This document shows positions 55,248-64,000 of a DNA stretch of 64,000 nt, piece after piece; the first letter of the stretch is position 1; every line of letters starts with the position of its first letter. The translations under genes and the position numbers were made by a program. This stretch comes from Bugula neritina (taxonomy: Eukaryota > Animalia > Bryozoa): assembly GCA_964035545.1 (NCBI GenBank), contig OZ037771.1, positions 15,003,133 through 15,067,132 on the forward strand, written 5' to 3'. Below the pieces are notes generated by a model that saw only the letters and a program-made list of their open reading frames with translations, was not told where the DNA came from and did not search any database.

Positions 55248-58200
55248 TTAACTTCTTTCTTCAAAGCTGACCATGATTGGCTCTTCAGGCAGCAACCCAA
55301 GAATTTTCTTGAACTTCAGTGGTCTCGTCTGCAAAGAGCCAACATTATAAGTGCTTTTAACATTACACAGAAGTAGTCAATCAAGTGAAAGGAGAGGGGG
55401 GAGATAAGTGATTATACAACTGGCCTGATGTAGGAATAGACCCGGACTCTGAATATAGTGAACTAGTTTATATTTTAACAAGAGCTTTGCATTTGTTCTA
55501 TAAGCTGCTCTAAACTGAGAAATGATTGAGTAAAGTAGTTTAGGATTCTTGAGTTTGGAGTTTCGAGTTCTAACTTAAACCTTAACTCCAAGCTCAAGAA
55601 ACCCAAACTACTTTACTCCGTCACCCCCAACTCAGAGTGGCATATATAAAACGTTTTTTTTTCATGCTTCGAGCAGTTAAGCCCTCAAAGTGTGTTACTA
55701 GTTTCTATAGCTCGACCACTCATAGCTTCAGAGTTTTTTTTACAATGATTGTGACTTTAGACAAACATGCAGGTAGTGTTAAGTTTACCCAGTGGTCTCT
55801 TCCTGTAATATAATGGTCAGCGGCACCTGCTTGGGTTGAAATCTCACCAGACGCAAAGTTTTACAATGTGCAATCATTATAACCAGAGAAATGAAATTAT
55901 ATTACTCAATTTTTATCGATGGGAGTGGGAAGTCCTAAACAGCAAAATACTCTCAAAACTACTTCCAACAAAAATGTATATTCAATAATAGTCTATAAAA
56001 AAAAAGAATAGCAAATCATGGACAGTAGTGCAGATGTAATAGAAAGTGGGCAGATGCAGTTCTCTGTGTAGCTTATTATTATAGCATGCATTACCAACTC
56101 TATGTTATGTTGAATTATATAAAATATACTATGATGTTTGGCTACACTATATACGTAGAAAAAACTCATTATATTATACTATTCTTGTAGTAATTACTCA
56201 CAGGTGTTTCATCATTCTTTGTTACTTTGAATTTCTTCAGGGTAGCAATGATAGTCATCTTCATTTCAATCAGAGCTAGTCTGTTTCCAATACACTGTCT
56301 GTTTCCCAACCCGAATGGCATGTAGGCGTCAGCACAAGTAGTGTTCCATCTCTCAGGGGAAAATCTGCAGAAACGCAGTTACCATGTTATCTTAAATAAC
56401 TACATTTGAATAAATACACTGTTAATGTTCCTATACTCCATTGTAAACTTTTGTATAAATTTAACTTTTTCAGTGGCATAGAATTGAAAAATTTCAGATC
56501 AAAATATTTTACAGTACTAAAAGGATATTAATTTATATAAATAAAATGATATATGGAGGGTTATCTTCCCTTGGTACTCTTTGAGTTGACAAGTTTCCAA
56601 CACCACATAAGGGTGGTAGGTATATACTACTACATTAGTGTTTAAATAAATGTCATAGCAATGCATGACTGGACAACCATGAATTTGAAAATAGGTCATG
56701 ATTTGAGACGCATTGTTATATAACAGCAGAACGTGGCTTATAAATCAAGTACCTCAAAGGTTCAAAATTTTCTGGATTTTCCCATATTTCCGGGTCTCGG
56801 TGCAACACCCAAGTACCAGCTGTCACAGCTGTGCCTTTTCTCACTTTTATTCCTTTCACAACCATATCCTCAGAAGCCATTCTGTCAAACCTGAAGAACA
56901 ATTTAAGCCATACAGTTCTCTGGGGATATATTCAAAGTAACATTTTCTCAACTTGCTTATGCTATATACCAAAATATGTGCATGTGATCTACGAGCAATA
57001 AGCCACACCACAAAGTGTGAAAATTAAATTAAAATACTATAAGCTATAATAACATAAAGTTTTTATATATTATAATATATAACATTATAGCATTCGAATA
57101 CTATATATAAGCCATACCATAAAGTGTGTATACTAAATTGGACTACTATATAAGCAATAAGATAAAGTGTATAATATATAGCCTCAGAGTGCTAGAATAC
57201 TATAAATAATACCTAAAGCCTTGAGGGTAGAGTCTCATTGTCTCATTGATAGAGTATTCAAGTAGCTTGAGTTGGTTGACTTGGTCTATGGTTACATCTT
57301 CTGTAGTGCATACCTCCATTATCTCTTCATACAGCTAATAAAGGAATATATGATGATGCAACAACTATAAATATGCAATAATGCTGGCATGTGCTGGCAT
57401 GTGCTAGCATGTGCTCGCATGTGCTGGCATGTGCTCGCATGTGCTCGCATGTGCACGCATGTGCTCGCATGTGCTCGCATGTGCTCGCATGTGCTCGCAT
57501 GTGCTCGCATGTGCTCGCAACTGCAAAGAACAGCTTTTCTTAGAAAAAACTGATGCTGTTTTTAAAGGACTTTTGAATTCATGCATAAGTATTACAATCT
57601 ATTTTCCTAATATACATGTCAAAATTAATCAACTTTCTCACAATTAGTGTAAAGCTTTGCATTTAATGAGTTTAATAAAAATTTCCCTTTTAGGATGCAA
57701 AGATGTTACGGATGTTAGTTTTAGTTCGCAACAAATACAAACATGTGTTATAAGACATATATATGGCAGCTAAAGCAGAGTATACAAGCACCTGTTGCTG
57801 AATGTCAGGGTGATGTGCCAACTCATAGTACAGATACAGAAGAGAGTCTGCGGTTGTCCTGAATCCAGCAAGGAGAAACAGCACGGCATTTGCTATCACC
57901 TCTTCTTTAGTCAAACCTAAATTACAAAAAAAGTATTAAACCCTTTAGGACTGTTAAAGGTAGTATAGCATGTAGGTGAAAGTTATCTTAAGTCTGTTAA
58001 ATTTTCTAAAGCATGGGCAGTTTCAAAGACATTGACAAAACTCAAATCTTGTGATTATACACTGAACAATGTATCCACTGGTCTCACAATAAATGGTAGT
58101 TTACCAGGTCACTTTGTATTAGAATTTTGTCGACCTTTAACCCCAATCTTTAATTAACATGCTACTATAATTCACTTACCATGTTTACGTTTTATGTGCG

Positions 58201-61200
58201 GCTGATTAATTCTATATGCATACTTTTACTTTAGGTTTGTATGCAATTAGTAAAAGAAACTACTTATATACCTATAGTGAAAGTAATCCAAAATATTGCA
58301 CACAATCTATAGATTATAGCAAAATAAAAATATACCAGTTAAGATGTCAAATGCAATTCTTTCATATCAGTGTAAATAATATATGTTGAAAAAACAATTA
58401 ATCATGTTCTAAAATCTAAACAGTTGAAGAGTATTCTCACCATTTCTGCTCCACCTGTATCCATCATTATCCACTGAGGTCTCTGGATCTTTAGCTGAAA
58501 CCTCTACAATTCGATCAGCCATGTTCTGTAAGAAGTCATGAGTGGGCGTGCCTTGTTTCCTTTCTTCCAGTATAGTTTCACACATACGCTCAAAGTAGTT
58601 CCCTGCATTCTGATCGAGAAACCCAAGATTTAGAAATTTCCCGACAAAGCTCTGCAGCCATTGGGGGAAGAAAACTAAAACATATTTGCTCTTATTGATG
58701 TATGAGCAAAAAAATTTATATGATCATTTGCTGTTTCTAAATTGAACATAAAATAATTTGAAAAGCTAAATCACTGAGCAGTAATTTTGCTGATTAAAAA
58801 TTAATGGCTTTACAATTATATTTTTTTTCTCGAAATAATGTCAAGAGAAGTGTCTATAGCCATTAAATTATTGGCAATTTTTTAAACTAAATAGTGAATA
58901 AACCTTAAGGACAAAAGAATTAAATATTTATGCTAATGTAACCCAACAACAAGGCAAGACTTGCTTTAAATTCCGTTTCTATAAGCTATATATAGAACTG
59001 ACGGTAATAATAGTATCTATTAAATTGCAGTGTTTATAAGACTTATCATGAAGCTTGATTAAATGTTTAGGGCACAGGCTATACATGCTGCCAAATAAGA
59101 AAACAAATGAAACTACCTGTATGTTATTAATATTAGTTGGTAATTAAATTGCTATCAGTTTTATAGTACAGCAGCATTTCATGCTTGGGCATATTACCTT
59201 CAAGTTGCACTTGGCCAATAGCCAAGATATACATATATGTGAATAATGTTGTATGTTGTCAAGTAAGCACCAATTGTATCAGGCATTCTTCAAGCTATTG
59301 CATATGAAGGTTTACAGAGTTTATTACACTAGTTTTAGCCTGACAAATTTAAAATAAATGGGAACATAAAAACGTAAAGCTCTTACAAACTTACTAAAAA
59401 CTATTATGATGACAATTAGTCTTAACTTCTCTCTCAGAGTTGAGTTACTTTCACTTCCACTAGTCAGTTTAAATGCATTTTCGGCGTAGTCTGAGTGTTC
59501 CTTAGACTGAGCTTCTGTCTCCAGACCAAAGGCGGTGGTAGAAATCACATCCAGAGTGAGTAAGTTTAGTTTTCTAGCAAACAGAAAAAAGAAATAATTT
59601 AGAAACAACTTGGCTAACAAGAATTTGGTAAATTGAAATAGTTTTACATTAATGGTTAATGAATTGTTGGCACTATTGGACCTTTATAAAACATTCAATA
59701 ATTACTAAATTATTACACTGCATGCATGGTAACAGGTATATATATATTTATAGGCATGTAGGATGCATTCCACGCAGCCTATTAAATTACTACTGCAGTG
59801 ATGAGTTTACCCAGTGGTCCCTGTAGTGTAATGTTAGCACACTTGCTTGCAAGCCAGAGGTCTCGGTTCGAATCCCAGTGGGGGCAACTATTTTTCAACT
59901 TATACATAGTTATTTAATATGGTTTTAAAACTCTATATAGGAATAAATTTAAACAGACGGCAATACCTTGATTTGCCTGAGAAAATATTGTATAATTTTA
60001 AAAACATTTCATGATTTCACTAAACAAATTTACTGCACACTTAGCAGCATTCTTGAAAGGACACTTACCCTCTGATGTCAACTGGCTGACCTTTGGATTT
60101 GGCAAGTTGTTCAATAAACACATCTTCGCACTTCTGAATGGCTGGCATCATCTACCAAAATAGAAGAGTCATCAAAGCTGCTCTATACACCTACATAGTC
60201 TTGTTAGTGTGTGATTAAATGCAAAACACTAGTTTCAAAAGATATATAGTCAAATCTAAAACTTTTGAAATTGTTTTAATGAAATTTGGAAATAAAATGT
60301 GCTAACAAAATGGAAAGATTTTAGGTTCATTGATTCAAACAATACAAAAGCTGCAGCAGTATCTTTTTTTTAGTTTAATTTTTTAGAATTTGGCAACATT
60401 TAGTGATGTTTTGTTTACCTTTTTAATTCTACCAGAAGAGAACTCTGGAGAGAGAAGTTTCCTGTTGGACTTCCAGTGATCTCCGCTGATGCTGAATATC
60501 CCGGCATCAAAAGCCCCGCCTTGCTTGATCACCCTTCTGTCAGTCAAGTGGTGGAAGTGTTTAATAAAAGCTTCTTTCAGCCATTCAGCATCGTAGACTA
60601 GCAGCACGGGTTGGGTTCCATCAAAGGTTCTGTTTCAACAGAAAATATATATGGAACTTGACAGCTTTATATATGTGACAGAGATAATACATAGTATATT
60701 AGATATGTGTTGATTACGTAAGTATATGCAATATCATGACTGCATGAATTGCTTTGTTTATGTTAAAAAAGACTTCATATTTTCATATTAAATGTGCACA
60801 TGGTTGTTTTAATAGCTGCTCAAGTAGAAGAAATACACATACCCCACAAATTTTCCATACTCTTTAAAAAGCATCAAATCCAGTTCTACTAACGGTACAC
60901 TCTACAAAGAACGAAATCAAGTGGTTTGTGTGAAGTTTTAAGAAATGTTGTCAATTTAAAGAAGATTGTTGAACTTTACAAAGGTTACAGCTAAAGCTTT
61001 GAGGTATGTTATAATATATGATGACCTAAAGCTTTTCCATTAAGCTGAGTTAAAGCTGCACTCCACACCTAAAGATATAATTAATATGAAATCTTTATTT
61101 TATTAGATTTGGCAGGTTTTTACTATGACACTCAAACACGTTGAGGTTACAAAATTAGTTGAGATTGAATAAAAACAAAGAAACTGCTACAACTATAATC

Positions 61201-61821
61201 TATTATATTTTGTTGAAGCTTGCTACTAGAATAACGTGCATGTACTGAGATAGTAGTTGTGTATTTTCAAACGGTATAATGTATTGCCATCAATCTATCC
61301 AATGAGCAAGTAAAACCAAAATATTCTAAAATAAACCAATTTTCTTGCAACTCACTAAAAAACCGAATATAATCAAGACATAACTTGCAATCATTTTGAC
61401 ATTTCCGTTTCTATAGTGAGAGAGATTACATAACTCATGCTATTAGCTTGGTTTTTGATTTATTGAAAGCCTTTTGCTTTTTGCTATAATTGTGAAGTAA
61501 CTAAACATTAATATAGTTTATATGCAGATAATTTATATGCTAAGTATATAGAACATATCCTGTTGGATTATATTATATCTACTCACACTGCTCATAGTCT
61601 TAAAAGCTGTTCCTATGAATGGGTAGGGTTTGGGACCAGGAATTCCGGCATCTTTAAATATGTGGAAGTTTCTCACAAGGTAGCTACTCAGAAAGAAACA
61701 AGACACTATCTAGTTCAGAGCACACGAAAACCATTTCCACAAATCATATTGTAACAAACAAGCAAAAATAATTTGCTTATATTAATAAAATTGCTTTAAA
61801 AAATATATCCACAGTGCATTT

Positions 61822-61875
<54 letters not shown>

Positions 61876-62120
61876 CTGTGAGATATAGTTCGCTGCTTAA
61901 AAGAGCTCAATGTTTAAAACAGAGCATATCATAAAATAGAATTGAAATGACACAGTTAAAATTGATAAAACATTTTATTACTAATAGTTTCATGTATGTT
62001 AAAATATACACTCTTCAGATAAATGATTTAAACATCTTATCTGAAGAGTGTATATTTTAACATACATGAAACTATTAGTAATAAAATGTTTTATCAATTT
62101 TAACTGTGTCATTTCAATTC

Positions 62121-62200
<80 letters not shown>

Positions 62201-62571
62201 TTTGGTTACAACCATTGTATTTTAAAGCAGATAAACTAGTGCTTTGAATAGATAAAATAATTCTATGTTATTTTCCCAATTTATGAAGATGCTGAATTTA
62301 GTTAATCTAGGCATGTCCTCAAGTACAGACAAGGTAGTTTAGATAAGTGAACTGGATAGGATTAATTTAATAAATCACTTCACAGCTTGAATAATAAACA
62401 TATGCTTTGACTGACAGTCACACACTGTGACCCCACAAGCAAAAACTGTCAAATATTCAGTATTTATAAGATTATTGTGGTAAGCATTTGGCATACTTAC
62501 AAGTAGCAAAGTGTAGACACTATTCCAACTAGCGGAATCCATAAGGGAATATCAAAACCAGCCACCAACAT
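55248..62571 (-). CDS. Cytochrome P450, clan 3 (CYP3A-like), paralog 4, 520 aa, 12 exons, inverted
   Basis: Minus exons 62571-62501, 61683-61587, 60901-60843, 60629-60419, 60151-60069, 59573-59395, 58674-58441, 57916-57792, 57334-57213, 56890-56753, 56364-56202, 55328-55248. Motifs PGPKP, WKSNR, AGFRTT, ETMR, EPLRF, FGLGNRQCIG; intron phases match paralogs 1-3. Confidence 0.95.
55528..55618. repeat. Imperfect 35-bp-arm hairpin in the last intron of CYP-4
   Basis: gagtaaagtagtttaggattcttgagtttggagtt ... aactccaagctcaagaaacccaaactactttactc, 3 mismatches. Confidence 0.8.
57380..57519. repeat. 10-bp tandem repeat (ATGTGCTCGC) x ~14
   Basis: Direct reading; CYP-4 intron 8. Confidence 0.95.
59795..59895 (+). 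mobile_element. tRNA-derived repeat family B copy
   Basis: gcagtgatgagtttacccagtGGTCCCTGTAGTGTAATGTTAGCACACTTGCTTGCAAGCCAGAGGTCTCGGTTCGAATCCCAGTGGGGGCaactattttt. Confidence 0.82.
61931..62128. repeat. Perfect 92-bp-arm palindrome between two (TA)n tracts, CYP-4 intron 1
   Basis: Arms 61931-62022 and 62037-62128, 14-nt loop; (TA)n at ~61829-61873 and 62126-62198. Confidence 0.95.
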
Positions 62572-63931
62572 AGTTCCTTGTTTACTGTAAACTCTACTTC
62601 TATTACTCTGAAAACACACCACATAATCCTGGTAAGCATTATGAAATTTTAGCAATATTTGTATGAACACTAAGATGGGGGGGTATAGTAGCCAACCAGC
62701 CATTGCTGAGGAAATTCTAAGGAGCTTGTACTCTATTTACTGCTTGAAGCAGCACCAAGCTAGTGGTTACTGAGTGCATTGCAGTTGGGGTTTGAGCTTG
62801 CCTATATAGGAATACTGATCTCAGTTACTGCTAACTTTAGTGCTGCTTCTAACAATGTTTGCCAGCTGGGCCCAGCTACCACTTGTGGTGTCGTTAAATC
62901 AATATAATAATATGGGCAGGGATTTGTTGCTTAGAAGTGTTGGGGCATTACAGGAGTTGGAAAAGCTTTTCCCTAATTCATTATAGCTTTTCATGTATCA
63001 TCACCACTCTGCCAGCTATATCATGATTTTTCCACTCTCCTTACGGCTGTTACATTATAATAGCTAACTCTTTTGACTAGTATAAAAAACTAGCATTTTC
63101 ACTTATTTACACACTTGCGTCTTACACCTGCAACTTGCAACTACACTTATAACTTGTGATGTAATGGTTTTAACATTGCTATTTTCTTTCAGTCTGCAGC
63201 AATAACTCTTTCTATATAATAAAGCACAAGAAGAGTGTATTTAATTTTACACACTCTCAGTAAGACTATAAGATACAATACTGCATATGCACAGGTAATG
63301 TGAGTGATGCCTGCTAAATAGTGTGTGCAGGTGTTGGCTGGTGTGTCAACCCATTAAGATTTGCTCAAATTATATCACCGACTTGCAAAAATATATATTT
63401 TTTTGAAGACAGCAAGCGCTAAAATTTAGCAGAAAGAATCGAATGTAAAAATGAAAAGCTCTCAATGCTGTGTAACACTATAATATGGCATCACTTTGCT
63501 ATATTAACTAACATCATTACTGCTCACAGTTTATTGCTAGCTAGCTACTTATGGTGTGTACACTTACCAGCAAAAGCCTTGTGAAGTAGAGGATTGAATA
63601 CAAGCTGCTTCACTTATAGCTGTGTAGCTGCTAGTTCAGAGGTTGAAAGTATAATGCATTGACACAGTCGATTGAGCTCTATTTATATTTGCACAATTAG
63701 ATAAGTGTGCAAATATAAAGCTTTTCAAACTATATATGGTAAACTGTTCACATGTCACGTGATGCATATTATTGGTTGAGCATTCTTAGAATGTTTGTGA
63801 CAGTGATTGTAGTCATGCTGGAGGGAATTTCATCATCATTACTAACTGATTTTGATTTCGCAATAATCACAACAGTGTATTAGATTATTATTAATGATGA
63901 CAGTAAACTGCAAGATTGAACTCATAACTGT

Positions 63932-64000
63932 AAAATAATATTGCCCCCACTAGGATTCGAACCCAAGACCTCTGGCTTGCAAGCAAGTGTGTTAACCATT
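63932..64000 (-). mobile_element. tRNA-derived repeat family B copy (cut by window end)
   Basis: aaaataatattgcccccactaggattcgaacccaagacctctggcttgcaagcaagtgtgttaaccatt. Confidence 0.8.

Overview
AT-rich, intron-rich animal (invertebrate-like) genomic DNA; no prokaryotic signal. All gene models below were spliced by hand using GT-AG sites and frame continuity. (1) 1-7.4 kb, minus strand: 5' part of a NOX5-type EF-hand NADPH oxidase with an unusual ~430-aa N-terminal extension (His-Met repeats plus a probable degenerate extra EF-hand lobe); the gene runs off the left edge. (2) 9.5-23.4 kb, plus strand: three intact 3-exon miniature LITAF-domain genes (92-95 aa) missed by the ORF track, all with a shortened hydrophobic linker between the two CxxC knuckles. 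Two arose by a head-to-tail tandem duplication (~7.1-13.28 kb / ~13.28-20.57 kb) that also copied the NOX5 5' exons. The second copy carries a 3.16-kb TIR element with an ATTT target duplication, and the first has an 8-unit ~235-bp satellite in its LITAF intron. (3) 25.1-62.6 kb: four complete 12-exon clan-3 (CYP3A-like) cytochrome P450 genes, three on + and one on -. All four lack the conserved I-helix acidic residue (AGF-V/Q/Q/R-TT instead of AGxETT). Also present: two tRNA-derived repeat families, MITEs, two perfect 85-92 bp-arm palindromes abutting (TA)n tracts, a five-fold repeated splice donor, and many micro/minisatellites.
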